64,000 nt of DNA from Candidatus Iainarchaeum sp. (GTDB taxonomy: Archaea > Iainarchaeota > Iainarchaeia > Iainarchaeales > JAZDFD01). Location of the stretch: positions 19,817-83,816 of the forward strand of contig JAZDFD010000026.1 of assembly GCA_043808155.1 (NCBI GenBank), written 5' to 3'. This document shows positions 1 to 10,346 of this stretch, piece after piece (within the stretch, counting starts at the first letter, position 1; each line of letters opens with the position of its first letter). A program made the translations under genes and the position numbers. The notes below the pieces were generated by a model. That model was not told the DNA's origin. It made no database searches and was given only the letters and a program-made list of their open reading frames with translations.

Positions 1-1034
1 TCGTTACCCAATATAAATTTACCTTCGATGTAGCCTTTAGCATCATCAAGTTCGTTTTTGGTTATGTTGGATAATAATGAAATTTGTTTCATTATAATTC
101 TTATGGCTTTTGAAATATTACTTTTATCAGTATTAAGATAAATTGCAAAATAACTTGTGTCATTCATACGGTTAATTCTGATATTAACCTCGTATGCCAA
201 ACCGCGTTTATTTCTTATTTCTTCAACAATTTTTCCACTTCCACCTCTTGCTAATAATGCACGTATTACATCTAAAACATAGGTATCTTTGTGACTGCTT
301 CCTATTGTTTGATACCCTAAAATCAAATATGAATTTAATATTTTTCTTTGCTCAACAATTTTTCTAGGTTTTTTTTGTTTATATTCCGATATTTTAGTTT
401 TCATAGACATTTTTTTAGATGCTTTTGAAAATTTTTTGCTGACAAGAGAAATTGGGTTGTTCACATTTCCCACAATTGAAACAATCATATTGTTAGGCAC
501 ATAAAATTCATTAAAATAATCAAATAATTGTTTTTGAGTTATATTTAGAACATCTTCTTTTAGGCCTAAGATGTGATATTTTGCAGGATGTTTATTAAAA
601 AGTTTTTTCATAAAAAGCGACCACTGATAATCTCGGGGGTCATCACTCGCCATGTTTATTTCTTTTAAAATAACTTTTTTCTCTTTTTCAATTTTATCTT
701 CGTTAAAGGTTGGATTTTGGACTATGTCAGAAAGTATATCTAATGCAACTCGAAAGTGTTTCTTAGCAACTTTAATATAAAAACATGTTTTTTCATTTGA
801 CGTATAGGCATTAAATTCTCCGCCTAATTTTTCAATCTCATTTGCTATGGCTGTGCTAGTCTTTCTTTTTGTAGTGCCTTCAAATAACATATGTTCCATA
901 AAATGTGAAATTCCGCGTATTCCTTTTTTTTCATAATTAGACCCTACATTGACCAGTATTTGAATCGTAACTGAATCAGTGGCTTTTTTTAAAAAAACCA
1001 CTCTTAAGCCATTTTTGAGTTTTTTTGTTAGCAT
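1..1034 (-). CDS. M16 (pitrilysin/insulinase-like) zinc peptidase, N-terminal ~344 aa; C-terminus lies beyond the window start
   Basis: Not in the ORF track because it is open at the window edge. Own translation of the minus strand from ATG (1034-1032): MLTKKLKNGLRVVFLKKATDSVTIQILVNVGSNYEKKGIRGISHFMEHMLFEGTTKRK... No stop down to base 1. HFMEH is the inverted HxxEH zinc motif of M16 peptidases. Confidence 0.75.
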   Translation of the reverse strand, partial: MLTKKLKNGLRVVFLKKATDSVTIQILVNVGSNYEKKGIRGISHFMEHMLFEGTTKRKTSTAIANEIEKLGGEFNAYTSNEKTCFYIKVAKKHFRVALDILSDIVQNPTFNEDKIEKEKKVILKEINMASDDPRDYQWSLFMKKLFNKHPAKYHILGLKEDVLNITQKQLFDYFNEFYVPNNMIVSIVGNVNNPISLVSKKFSKASKKMSMKTKISEYKQKKPRKIVEQRKILNSYLILGYQTIGSSHKDTYVLDVIRALLARGGSGKIVEEIRNKRGLAYEVNIRINRMNDTSYFAIYLNTDKSNISKAIRIIMKQISLLSNITKNELDDAKGYIEGKFILGN

Positions 1035-1082
1035 GACTTATATGACTCACAAGTGTATTTAACTTAATTGAAAATAACCCAT

Positions 1083-1880
1083 TCATTTCATACCAATGTA
1101 AATTCCATAACCATAATAATCTAATAATTTGCCGGGCATCTTTTTTGCTGTACCAATCATATTATGAATTACTTTTCTGTAAACAGGACTTGTGAAATAA
1201 AGTTTAATCATTTTCCATCCTGCAATTAATGATTCCCCGCCTGCAAGTTCTATTTCCCCTTTCATTTGTTCAAGCATTTTCATTTTCATTACTTTTATTG
1301 AAGTCATTTTCAAACCTGAATTTTCCATTAGTTCAATCCATCTTTCCCTGCTTTCAGGTTTGACCCCTCCTGCGGAATCATATGCAAATTTTCTAATATC
1401 CTCAGTTGGAGTTTTTATCCAGGTTGTTTCATTCAAACCAACAAAACCGCCAGATTTCAGAACACGGTAATATTCATTTATTGCTTTTTGTTTGTCTTCA
1501 GGAAATGCAGTAACAGATTCTGAAATTACTGCGTCAAAAGTATTGTCAGGAAATGGGAGTTGCATTGCATTTGATTCTTTAAATCTGATTTTGTCTAACA
1601 GGTTTTTCTTTTGTGCTCTTTCCTTTGCACGCTGAATCATTTCAGGAGATAAATCAACCGCTATGATTTTACAGCCAATGTTTTCTGCCAAATAACATGT
1701 GGTTTTCCCCACTCCACAACCAATCTCTAAAATGTGAGATTCTTTTTTAATTCTGCAAAGCTTTACTAAATCAAGAGTTCCTTTTAATCCACCAACGTGT
1801 TTAGAAATACCAACTTTAGATTGTAGGTCAAAATAAGGATTTTTCAAATCTTCAAATTTTTCAGATGCATTTTCACACAT
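1083..1880 (-). CDS. class I SAM-dependent methyltransferase
   Basis: 265-aa ORF with SAM-binding motif ILEIGCGVGKTT, then IIAVDLSPEMI and FDAVISE (Methyltransf_11-like layout). Confidence 0.8.
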   Translation of the reverse strand: MCENASEKFEDLKNPYFDLQSKVGISKHVGGLKGTLDLVKLCRIKKESHILEIGCGVGKTTCYLAENIGCKIIAVDLSPEMIQRAKERAQKKNLLDKIRFKESNAMQLPFPDNTFDAVISESVTAFPEDKQKAINEYYRVLKSGGFVGLNETTWIKTPTEDIRKFAYDSAGGVKPESRERWIELMENSGLKMTSIKVMKMKMLEQMKGEIELAGGESLIAGWKMIKLYFTSPVYRKVIHNMIGTAKKMPGKLLDYYGYGIYIGMK

Positions 1881-1969
1881 GATAAATAGAGGTCATTCTC
1901 TCTTATTAATTTTTTTGTAAAAAAGAAAAAGAGAAATAACGGATTATATCCGTTATTCACGTTTAGTAT

Positions 1970-3202
1970 TTAAACCATGTTTACGCAGCTTCCACCTATG
2001 CATTGCAACCCTTCACTGCAAGGCACATCTTCTATACAGGTTTCGCAGTCTTCACCAGTATCTACTGTACCGTTTCCGCAAAGAGTGATTTCTGTACATG
2101 TACCTTCAGTACATTCATAACCTTCTTCGCATGTTACATCTTCCGCACAAGTAGAGCAGTCTTCACCGTCATCAATCTCTGAATTTCCGCAAAGATTTAT
2201 TTCAGTGCATGCCCCATCTGAACATTCAAAACCTTCTTCGCATATTACATCGTCAGGACATGTTGAACAATTTTCATTTTCATCTATTTCAGAGTTACCA
2301 CAAAGACCCTCTTGGTTTTCTTCCTGGTTTTCTTCTTGGTTTTGCTGGTCTTCACCCTGATTTTCTTCCTGATTCTGTTCCTGATTTTCTTCCTGATTTG
2401 GTTCCTTGAGTGTCAGCAGTTTAATAACTGGTTTAAGTTTCCAGTCCCCATTGCCTGTTTGCATTAATGATTTGTCCACAAGGAAATCAATCAGAAGTTC
2501 TGTTGTTTCTCCTTCACCAACATAAAATCCATGATTGAATCTCAAAGTGTTTGAAGGAATTGTAACTTCAATTTCTTCTGGTGTGGTCTCTTCTATTTCC
2601 TCAGTTGTAGTGTCTTCTTCAGTTCCTGAATTTCCGTTGTTTCCATTTCCTGAATTTCCATTGTCATTTGGAGCTTCTAAGTTTGCAGTGTCCTCTTTTA
2701 ATGTAAGAGTTGCTTTTACAATGTCTAATCTTAACATTGTGTAATGTCCGGTTTCAAGTATATTTTCTCCGAACAAAGTTGAAACATCCTGCAACTGAAG
2801 CAAATCAAAAGTTTGCTCTTCTTCTGAAATTGTGAACCACTCACCGCCTGTTTTGTGCGCTTCCAATTTTGAAAAGGTTATGTTTAGTGTTTCAATCTCA
2901 TCAGTTGGCAAATCTTTTAGGTAAATCGCCAAATTACCTGTTGTGCCTTCAGGTGCAACTGATTCTTCTGAAGCTTCTTCTGCAGTTTCTTCAGTAGCTT
3001 CCTGTTCAGGTGCTTGTTCTATTTGTTGTTCCAGTTCTGTTTCAGTTTCTGGTTCATTTTCTGTTTCTGCCCCAATGTCTGTTCCATTATCTATTTGAGT
3101 ATTTGTTCCATTGTCTGAATTTATATTATCAGTATCTGGCTGAGTACAGCCACTAATAATCAAAATAAGCAAAACAAATGAAACAATCAAAAATTTCTTC
3201 AC
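1970..3202 (-). CDS. secreted lipoprotein: DUF4382-like domain, E/Q/N-rich linker, three C-terminal Cys-rich modules
   Basis: N-terminus MKKFLIVSFVLLILIISGC (signal peptide plus lipobox Cys). Central region (GNLAIYLKDLP...FDLLQLQD...GHYTMLRLDI...WKLKPVIKL) resembles DUF4382 as I recall it. C-terminal repeats are described in the next feature. Confidence 0.7.
   Translation of the reverse strand: MKKFLIVSFVLLILIISGCTQPDTDNINSDNGTNTQIDNGTDIGAETENEPETETELEQQIEQAPEQEATEETAEEASEESVAPEGTTGNLAIYLKDLPTDEIETLNITFSKLEAHKTGGEWFTISEEEQTFDLLQLQDVSTLFGENILETGHYTMLRLDIVKATLTLKEDTANLEAPNDNGNSGNGNNGNSGTEEDTTTEEIEETTPEEIEVTIPSNTLRFNHGFYVGEGETTELLIDFLVDKSLMQTGNGDWKLKPVIKLLTLKEPNQEENQEQNQEENQGEDQQNQEENQEENQEGLCGNSEIDENENCSTCPDDVICEEGFECSDGACTEINLCGNSEIDDGEDCSTCAEDVTCEEGYECTEGTCTEITLCGNGTVDTGEDCETCIEDVPCSEGLQCIGGSCVNMV
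1973..2305 (-). repeat. three tandem 37-aa Cys-rich modules (111 nt each) inside the lipoprotein gene
   Basis: LCGNSEIDENENCSTCPDDVICEEGFECSDGACTEIN / LCGNSEIDDGEDCSTCAEDVTCEEGYECTEGTCTEIT / LCGNGTVDTGEDCETCIEDVPCSEGLQCIGGSCVNMV. An ENQ low-complexity stretch lies immediately upstream (2306-2400). Confidence 0.85.
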
Positions 3203-3281
3203 ATTATCTCCTCCCTAAGACTAATTTATATAACTTATATATAACTAATCAAATATAAAGATTACTCTTCTTTATCCATCT

Positions 3282-3836
3282 ATGAAAAATGATGTGTTAG
3301 ATGCGATTTATAAAAGACGCTCTGTAAGAAAATATTCTGAAAAAGAAGTCTCTGAAGAAATTGTAAAAGAACTAATTAATGCAGGTATAATGGCCCCCTC
3401 TGCAAGAAACACACAGCCATGGAATTTCAGCATTGTTCAGGGCAAAGAAAAAATAAAAGAATTTTCAGATAAAGCACTTGAACAGAGAAAAATACTTGGA
3501 AAAATAATTGGCGGAAGTTTCAAAGTAATGGGTCTGGGTTCATTATTTTACAATGCACCTCTGCTTATTTTCATTTCGGGAAAAAGCGATTACTCTTATC
3601 TGAAAGATGATGTGAATTTAGCAGTTCAGAATATGTTTTTGGCTGCATATTCATTAGGTTTGGGCAGCTGCTGGATTGGGATGGCAAAAGACTTAAACAA
3701 AAATAAAAGTGCAAAAAAAGAACTCGGAATTCCTGCTGATTTTGAAATTGTTGCACCACTAATTTTTGGTTATCCTGAAGGAAACGAAAAAGAAACGCCA
3801 AAACGCGAACCTAAAATCTTAAAGTGGATTAAATAA
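3282..3836 (+). CDS. nitroreductase family protein
   Basis: 184 aa. RRSVRKY near the N-terminus, APSARNTQPW, and SCWIG are typical nitroreductase-fold motifs. Confidence 0.8.
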   Translation: MKNDVLDAIYKRRSVRKYSEKEVSEEIVKELINAGIMAPSARNTQPWNFSIVQGKEKIKEFSDKALEQRKILGKIIGGSFKVMGLGSLFYNAPLLIFISGKSDYSYLKDDVNLAVQNMFLAAYSLGLGSCWIGMAKDLNKNKSAKKELGIPADFEIVAPLIFGYPEGNEKETPKREPKILKWIK

Positions 3837-3841
3837 TCTGC

Positions 3842-4969
3842 TTACTTTGTTGTCTGATTCTGCTTCAGCAGTGCCTGTAAAAACAGAATATTATAATTAA
3901 AAAAGAAAAGTTTCACAGGCGCAAGTGCAATATTCAGACACAGTACATAAAACATTAGGCCAATTATTAATAGTAAAACGCCGATTGCAATCATCGCCAA
4001 TAATAGTGAGGCGCTTGCACTCACAATCATAATCAAAATAATTGCAACAATCACTGCTACTATTACAAATGGAATTGCAACCACAAACAAAGCAACCAAA
4101 CCAATTATTGCAGCAATAATCCCCAGCCCAAACTGAACAAGCAGTAAAACAATAACTTGTGCAATATTATTTTTTACAAGTGAAATACTTTTTTTGAAAG
4201 CTTCAAATGCTTTCATTTCACTAAAATACATCCAGTACATTGCGAATTGTCCAAAGATATAACCCACAATTATTAGAACAATCATAACCAATAATGCAAG
4301 TATTGCAAGCGGAATCAGAATAATTCCGAAAGCAGCAATCCCTGAAAATAAATTAGATGCTGAACCAATCAATCCTGTAAAAAATGATGCTACCAGCATC
4401 AATAATGCTAAAAGAAGAATCACAATACAAATTAATGATATAACTCCTACAACAATTTCAAATTTAGTAACTGAAATTGCTTTGCTCCAGAATTTTTTCA
4501 TATATTCTCTGATGTGAACTTCATTTGTTTCTGTACTTTCAATAATTGCAAAGAATGCCATATTTTTAAGTATTGTAAGCAAAATTCCAATAATAAATAA
4601 AACAATAAGCAAAATTATTGCTACTATAATTATTGTGTTTATCAAATCCGGAGTTAGTGAAGGCATTAGTGATGCAAAACCAGTCATATTTGGCAATTCT
4701 GGAAGTTCTGAAGCAGAACCAATGATTGCATTTGTGCTTTCTGAAGTTGAACCCTGACCAATTGTTTTAATTGCATTAGCAAATGAGTCTGAATCACTTG
4801 TATTAAGATTACTAAAGTTTCCGACACCGCTCCCACCAGCAGAAAGCAATGTAAAAATAAACATCAGTATTCCAATCTTAATCCATTTGCTTCTTGCATC
4901 AGGACCTGTGAAAAACGCCTTTGTTTTATCAATAGCAGGTTCAATCACATCAAATGCATACCAAGCCAT
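3842..4969 (-). CDS. polytopic membrane protein, function unknown
   Basis: 375-aa ORF with several long hydrophobic segments. I recognise no catalytic motif. Confidence 0.55.
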   Translation of the reverse strand: MAWYAFDVIEPAIDKTKAFFTGPDARSKWIKIGILMFIFTLLSAGGSGVGNFSNLNTSDSDSFANAIKTIGQGSTSESTNAIIGSASELPELPNMTGFASLMPSLTPDLINTIIIVAIILLIVLFIIGILLTILKNMAFFAIIESTETNEVHIREYMKKFWSKAISVTKFEIVVGVISLICIVILLLALLMLVASFFTGLIGSASNLFSGIAAFGIILIPLAILALLVMIVLIIVGYIFGQFAMYWMYFSEMKAFEAFKKSISLVKNNIAQVIVLLLVQFGLGIIAAIIGLVALFVVAIPFVIVAVIVAIILIMIVSASASLLLAMIAIGVLLLIIGLMFYVLCLNIALAPVKLFFFNYNILFLQALLKQNQTTK

Positions 4970-4998
4970 GTTTAGATAACACCTTTTATAGTATTTAA

Positions 4999-5490
4999 TT
5001 ATTTCATTTTGCTGAAATTCAGTTCTTCCTCTAATTCAGAGTGCATCAGTTTCATTGAAGCGTCTGAAAATTCAATAATACCAAATTCCCTTGAAAATGA
5101 AGTTCCCTTGCATATAAAAGTAATTGAACTTTTGTCAACGTAAACAAAAGACGCACATTCAAAATCAGCGCCTTTTGAAAAATATTCCATATATCTCCCA
5201 GTTCCATCTTCATTTATTGTGAATTTAATTTTATCAAGATTAGCCATCTTTCCTACTGCAGCTTCACTTAGTGACTCTTCTTCTGAGAAATGAATCGCAT
5301 CTTCCGCATTTGTGGTTTTTTCTTTCCCATAAAGAACTGGGTTTTCAGGGTCAAAACCAGTGTTGTCCCAGTACCATGTACCCGTAAATGAAGCAAATTC
5401 TTCTTTCAAAGGCTCAGCCTCATTTTCAATGCAACCGCTGAAAAAAACTAGCACTGCGATTAATGAAATTAGTAAAATTCTTGAATTCAT
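4999..5490 (-). CDS. small lipoprotein, function unknown
   Basis: MNSRILLISLIAVLVFFSGC signal/lipobox; 163 aa. Confidence 0.55.
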   Translation of the reverse strand: MNSRILLISLIAVLVFFSGCIENEAEPLKEEFASFTGTWYWDNTGFDPENPVLYGKEKTTNAEDAIHFSEEESLSEAAVGKMANLDKIKFTINEDGTGRYMEYFSKGADFECASFVYVDKSSITFICKGTSFSREFGIIEFSDASMKLMHSELEEELNFSKMK

Positions 5491-5601
5491 TTCAGTATTG
5501 GAATCAAAAACCTATTTTAATCTTTTGGTAGGGTTTTGAGCAAAGTCTAATTCAAAAATAACTCTTTTATATCACTTAATATATTATGTTTCTGATTAGA
5601 A

Positions 5602-8133
5602 ATGAAAAAAATAGTCTTGATTTTAATTTTTTTTCTAGTTTTGCTGACATTTGTTTCTGCTGTAACTGATTATTATTTGGGTTGCAGAAGTGATTCAGAA
5701 TGTGACCCAGATGAAATTTGTGCAGGTTATGGTGATGGGGCGGGAAACATTACAGGGAAGTGTGTTCCAGATCCAGGATATGTTGAATGTGATGATGACT
5801 GGGATTGTGATCTTATAAATAGTTATAATTATGGCTGGCTCTGTAAAGCGGGAATATGTGCTCCTTTAGAACGTTTTAAGGGGGAGGGGGTAGAAATAGA
5901 AAAATGTAATGATGGAAAAGATAATGATAATGACGGAGATGCAGATTGTGCTGACACAGACTGTTATGATTCTGTTTTTTGTTATGAAATGCTTTGTGAT
6001 GATGAATTAGATAATGATTTTGATGGTTACACTGATTGCGATGATTCTGATTGTTCAATAGATCCTGAATGCAGACAAATGATGACGTTTGAAATAAGTA
6101 AGGAATCAATTACTGCCGATGATTCAGATTTTATTGAAATTGAAGTTTCTGTGAATGACGCAGATGGTAATCCCGTGGCAGGAGAAAATATTATTGTTTG
6201 GATTGAAACATCGGACTGGGGCTGGCAGGATTTTATTGGTTTTCCAAAACCGCAGGAAGGAACAACAGATGCAGATGGAAAATTCACTTCACAATATTCT
6301 GCAGATGAAATTTACGAGGAATGGGCAGATGGAAAAGACTTCAAAAAAATCCCTGCAACAATTTATGCAAAGCATTTGAAAAGTGAAACAACACTTTCAC
6401 AAGATATTGAAATTACAGCACCAACAAGAGCAAAAATAATGGTTGTTGAAGCAGTGCAATCAATTAGATCTGAAAAAGCCATGCTTGTTTCTGGAAAGAA
6501 AACCGTTGTGTTTGTTGGCATACGTGCAAAAGATGTATCATTTTTCGAAGAGAATGATTCTTTTGAAGCATACTTAGATTTAGAAATGATTGGAAGTGAG
6601 TTCTCACCTACAAATAGTTTCCAAAGAATTCCAATTGAAGCGTCACAATTTAATAGAATTGAAAATTATGGCGGAGATATTGAAAGAAGAACAAATGTTG
6701 ATGAACACTTGGATTTCTTTTATTTTAATCCTGATGATTCTGAAAGAAACAAATGGGTTTTTTATGAATTTTACGTTGACGGACTAGACACAAAATACAA
6801 TGGAAAATATGATTTCAAAGCTAAACTTTACATTGAACAGGATGCGGATTTATTTGGAAAGGAAACAGTTGTCCTTAGTGAAAGAGGCGCGATTTACGAT
6901 GTTTTTTCTTCCGGATTTGTTTCTGTAAAATTAGTTCCAATTGGTTTGGGGCTTTGGCATGATGATTTGTGTGAATATTGCGTAACTTCAAAAGACACAT
7001 CTGGTTTTGCGGAAAAAGTAAATCAAATTTTAAGTTACATTCCAAAAAGGATTGCAGCTGAGTTGGGAAACGCGTCCGCAAAAAATGCATTGTATGAATT
7101 TGATAATTGCAATCCTGCAAGTTTCAGACCTCTAGGTGGTGGTGCAAATTTCACAGGTATTTTAGATTTGCAGAAACTTCAAAGTATAATCAATAAAGAT
7201 AATTCTCCAGTGCGTGAAGTTTGTAAAGATGGAATAAATAATTTATTTTCTGAATCTGACTGGCAAAATTTAGCATCACAATCACCGATTGTTGGTTTTG
7301 ATGAAAAAACAGGGCTTGAAAGATACCTGGAAAAAGCAAATGACAGTAAAAGTTTTTTCAAAGCAGTTATGCCTCTTGCAGAAGAAAACATTTATTTCCA
7401 AACGTCAACAGAACCATTTTCTGCTTACATAAATCCAAAAACAAATTCTCCTTTAATGATAATGGCAGCTTTGCACGATGTGGAAGTTGGAAGAAGATGG
7501 TCACGTTCATTGTATAGTCCCGATTTTCTTTTTGAAAAGATTACGGGTTTAGATTCTGCAGATATTAATCCCTACAAAATAAAAGGTTTTGACAGAGTCA
7601 TTGGATTTGTTCCAACAAACCGTTCACAAGTAAGTGATTTTACTTATTTTGGAGATAAAGATACTTTTGGTTATTCAAGTGGTGTTAATAGATATGCTGC
7701 TTTGGTAGATCTTGATGCTGCAGGAAAAGAAACAATGGTACATGAACTTTTGCATACTTATTGTGCGAAAGATGAATATGGCGGATTAGGAACTGCAGGT
7801 TATGGTGAGGTTGTAAATGCAATTGTCTGCTCAGAAGGATTTGAAGCAATAAACTCTAATAAAGGAGAAACTATTGCGGGAACAGAAGTAACAAATGGTT
7901 TCTGGGTTGAGAAAAGAAAGTTTATGGGCACACCATCATCACCGCTTTATTCTATAATGGGCGAATCAGATCAGATGGGGAATATGTGGATTACAGATGA
8001 CCTTTACACAGGTGTTGGTGTAAAACTAAGAACATTCCCTTACCCAACAAAAAGCATTTTTGAATATATTGGGGATTACACTACTCTAACCTATCCTGGC
8101 AAACAATACATAACAGGTGAGACTAGTGAATAA
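5602..8133 (+). CDS. large secreted protein: Cys-rich/DNDxDG metal-binding-like repeats, Ig-like segment, C-terminal HExxH region (putative metallopeptidase)
   Basis: Signal peptide MKKIVLILIFFLVLLTFVSA. KCNDGKDNDNDGDADCADTDC and CDDELDNDFDGYTDCDDSDC are MopE-type CxDGxDNDxDG motifs. DSDFIEIEVSVNDADGNPVAGENIIVW is Big_1-like. HELLH lies within ETMVHELLHTYCAKDEYG. Confidence 0.65.
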   Translation: MKKIVLILIFFLVLLTFVSAVTDYYLGCRSDSECDPDEICAGYGDGAGNITGKCVPDPGYVECDDDWDCDLINSYNYGWLCKAGICAPLERFKGEGVEIEKCNDGKDNDNDGDADCADTDCYDSVFCYEMLCDDELDNDFDGYTDCDDSDCSIDPECRQMMTFEISKESITADDSDFIEIEVSVNDADGNPVAGENIIVWIETSDWGWQDFIGFPKPQEGTTDADGKFTSQYSADEIYEEWADGKDFKKIPATIYAKHLKSETTLSQDIEITAPTRAKIMVVEAVQSIRSEKAMLVSGKKTVVFVGIRAKDVSFFEENDSFEAYLDLEMIGSEFSPTNSFQRIPIEASQFNRIENYGGDIERRTNVDEHLDFFYFNPDDSERNKWVFYEFYVDGLDTKYNGKYDFKAKLYIEQDADLFGKETVVLSERGAIYDVFSSGFVSVKLVPIGLGLWHDDLCEYCVTSKDTSGFAEKVNQILSYIPKRIAAELGNASAKNALYEFDNCNPASFRPLGGGANFTGILDLQKLQSIINKDNSPVREVCKDGINNLFSESDWQNLASQSPIVGFDEKTGLERYLEKANDSKSFFKAVMPLAEENIYFQTSTEPFSAYINPKTNSPLMIMAALHDVEVGRRWSRSLYSPDFLFEKITGLDSADINPYKIKGFDRVIGFVPTNRSQVSDFTYFGDKDTFGYSSGVNRYAALVDLDAAGKETMVHELLHTYCAKDEYGGLGTAGYGEVVNAIVCSEGFEAINSNKGETIAGTEVTNGFWVEKRKFMGTPSSPLYSIMGESDQMGNMWITDDLYTGVGVKLRTFPYPTKSIFEYIGDYTTLTYPGKQYITGETSE

Positions 8134-9325
8134 AATATTCAAACTAATCACACTATTAATTCTCATTTGTCTTATACATAATATTTCTGCAGTTCCCTAT
8201 GAACAACTCTCTAAAGCCATAGAAATCGAAGGAATAATCACCTCGGAAGGAGAGGTTTACTGCACAGCAATTGTTTTAGAACACGCTACACTGCATTTTT
8301 ATGAATCAGAGGTATTTGAATTATCATATTATGTTACACTATTTGATAAAAGCGGAGAAGGCATAATGAGTTATGATTTTCCCCCAAATCCAAGTTTTTA
8401 TGGTGATGTGCCAATAGAAACGCCTGAATTTGAAACTTTTTATTTAGTGGTTCCTTATGAAGACGCATACACAATAATAGTTGCAAACTCAGATGAAAAA
8501 GAAGTATGCCGAATTGAAAGGTCAAAAAACTCACCCGAAATTTTAATTACAAATCCCACGGGTATTTTACCTTGGAATTCTGTAAAAAAAATAGAATGGA
8601 CAATGAGTGACGAGGATGATGATTGGTTGTTAGTTGATGTTTACTATGCAGATGATTCTGGTTTTGGATGGAACTTATTGGAAAGAGAAGTTGACGGAAC
8701 ATCTTTAGAATTAGATGAACCAATTGAATTAACAAGAATTAAAGTCATTGTGAATGATGGTTTTAATTCCGCAGAATCCGTTGTTCAGAGTTTAACTGCT
8801 TCTGGGAATGTAAATGAAAACGTAGATTTTCAGTTTCAGGATACTGCGTGGTTTGTTGATGATGATTATGCTATAAAATCAGAAGATTATATATATGAGG
8901 CTGAGTTTTATGATAATAACATTGGTGATGATATGGAATTTATAGATTCGATTATAGAAATTGTTGGTTGGCTGATAGCATTAATTGTGATTGCAATTAT
9001 TCTTAAAGCAGTTTTTGGCAGAAAGAAAAAAGAAAAACCAAAAGAAGAAAAACCTGCACAGGAAAAATCAGTGGAAGAAAAACCAAAACCTCAACCAAAA
9101 CCAGAAGTTAAAGAACAAAAACCTGTAGATAAAAAACCTGAACCAAAACAAGAATCCGAACCCGAACCAAAAAAAGAAATACAAGAAACTATTAAAAAAG
9201 AACCCTCAAAAACAATGACTAACAAAGAGTATAGTGATGCAATGAAAGTTCTAAGAAAAAGATATGCTGCAGGGGAAATAACAACACAGCAATTCAAAGA
9301 AATGAAAAAAGAACTAGAGGGGTAA
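8117..9325 (+). CDS. membrane-anchored surface protein with K/P/E-rich linker and C-terminal SHOCT-like domain
   Basis: Start overlaps the stop of the upstream gene. N-terminal signal/anchor, an internal TM segment (IVGWLIALIVIAIILKAVF), a KPEPK low-complexity linker, and a C-terminus YSDAMKVLRKRYAAGEITTQQFKEMKKEL that resembles SHOCT. Confidence 0.6.
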   Translation: MRLVNKIFKLITLLILICLIHNISAVPYEQLSKAIEIEGIITSEGEVYCTAIVLEHATLHFYESEVFELSYYVTLFDKSGEGIMSYDFPPNPSFYGDVPIETPEFETFYLVVPYEDAYTIIVANSDEKEVCRIERSKNSPEILITNPTGILPWNSVKKIEWTMSDEDDDWLLVDVYYADDSGFGWNLLEREVDGTSLELDEPIELTRIKVIVNDGFNSAESVVQSLTASGNVNENVDFQFQDTAWFVDDDYAIKSEDYIYEAEFYDNNIGDDMEFIDSIIEIVGWLIALIVIAIILKAVFGRKKKEKPKEEKPAQEKSVEEKPKPQPKPEVKEQKPVDKKPEPKQESEPEPKKEIQETIKKEPSKTMTNKEYSDAMKVLRKRYAAGEITTQQFKEMKKELEG

Positions 9326-9326
9326 C

Positions 9327-10346
9327 ATGGTGCGTTACAGAACTTTAATTTTTGTTTTGATTCTTCTAGTGGTGGTTCTTTTTGGATTATTTTTCATTAA
9401 TGGACTTTTAGATGAGAATAGAGAAATTGTTGAAGCTATTTTTGGAAGTGAGTTTGTAAACGGAACAGAAAACAATAATGAAAATACAGGCGGACTTTTT
9501 GATGGATTTAATATTTTTGGTTCAGGATCACAAATTGTTTTTGCACAAAATAGTAGCGGAGAAAATATAATTCCAACTAGCAGTAATCCTGTTTGGAGTG
9601 ATGATAGCAAAACTCTTGCTTTTTCAACTTCAGGGGGGCTCATTTACGGGACAAATGTTAATGGTAGTGATTTTTGGCAGATAACAGGGGATGACCTTGA
9701 TAAATATGGGCGAACAAGAGGCGCAATACCAAAAAACGACCCTAAAAGTTCTGATTTATTGTATATTGCAAACATTGAAAGTGACCATTATGGTTCCTAT
9801 ACTCATATTATAAGTAAAATTTCATTTGATGGACAAACTATTGATGACTATGTGAGATTTGTTGCAGATCAAAAAGTATATGGTTTTATGATAAGTCCTG
9901 ATGGTTCTAAAATTATTAGTGCTGGTTTGTTGTTTAATGTAACTAGTGATGACAAAGTTTTGAAAGGCAAGGCGATAGAGCTCTCTGGTTGGTGTTTAGA
10001 GTTTAGTTATGATTCAGAGTATATTATTTGCATAAATGGCAATTCAGTATATCAGTATGAGATTGCGACTGGGGCACAGGACGAAATAATGAGTATAAAT
10101 TGTACTTATGGAGATTATTGTGCTAGTGAAAATAAAATCGCATGTTTTGGAAATAATGATTCTGATTTGTCATGTAACCCACTTGTAATTTATGATTTGA
10201 ACTCAAAAGAAAAAAGTGACTTAATTTGTGAAACAAATATTATTACTGCATCACATCCTAGTTGGAGTCCAGATTGCAGTAAAATTGCTTATCGTGCTTA
10301 TGACCATCTTAATGGTGCAATGATAAAAATAGTGGAGGTTAGTTAA
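9327..10346 (+). CDS. TolB-like beta-propeller (PD40-repeat) protein, N-terminal membrane anchor
   Basis: Starts 2 nt after the previous stop. PD40-like repeats PVWSDDSKTLAFS, ISPDGSKIIS and HPSWSPDCSKIAYRA. Confidence 0.55.
   Translation: MVRYRTLIFVLILLVVVLFGLFFINGLLDENREIVEAIFGSEFVNGTENNNENTGGLFDGFNIFGSGSQIVFAQNSSGENIIPTSSNPVWSDDSKTLAFSTSGGLIYGTNVNGSDFWQITGDDLDKYGRTRGAIPKNDPKSSDLLYIANIESDHYGSYTHIISKISFDGQTIDDYVRFVADQKVYGFMISPDGSKIISAGLLFNVTSDDKVLKGKAIELSGWCLEFSYDSEYIICINGNSVYQYEIATGAQDEIMSINCTYGDYCASENKIACFGNNDSDLSCNPLVIYDLNSKEKSDLICETNIITASHPSWSPDCSKIAYRAYDHLNGAMIKIVEVS

Noticed and set aside
2209-2744. Plus-strand ORFs 2209-2409 and 2535-2744, and similar antisense ORFs inside other long CDSs (for example 11645-11983, 12183-12461, 17002-17349, 26362-26799, 44500-44904)
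   Set aside because: They are antisense to strongly supported genes. Their repetitive or low-complexity translation mirrors the sense-strand repeats.
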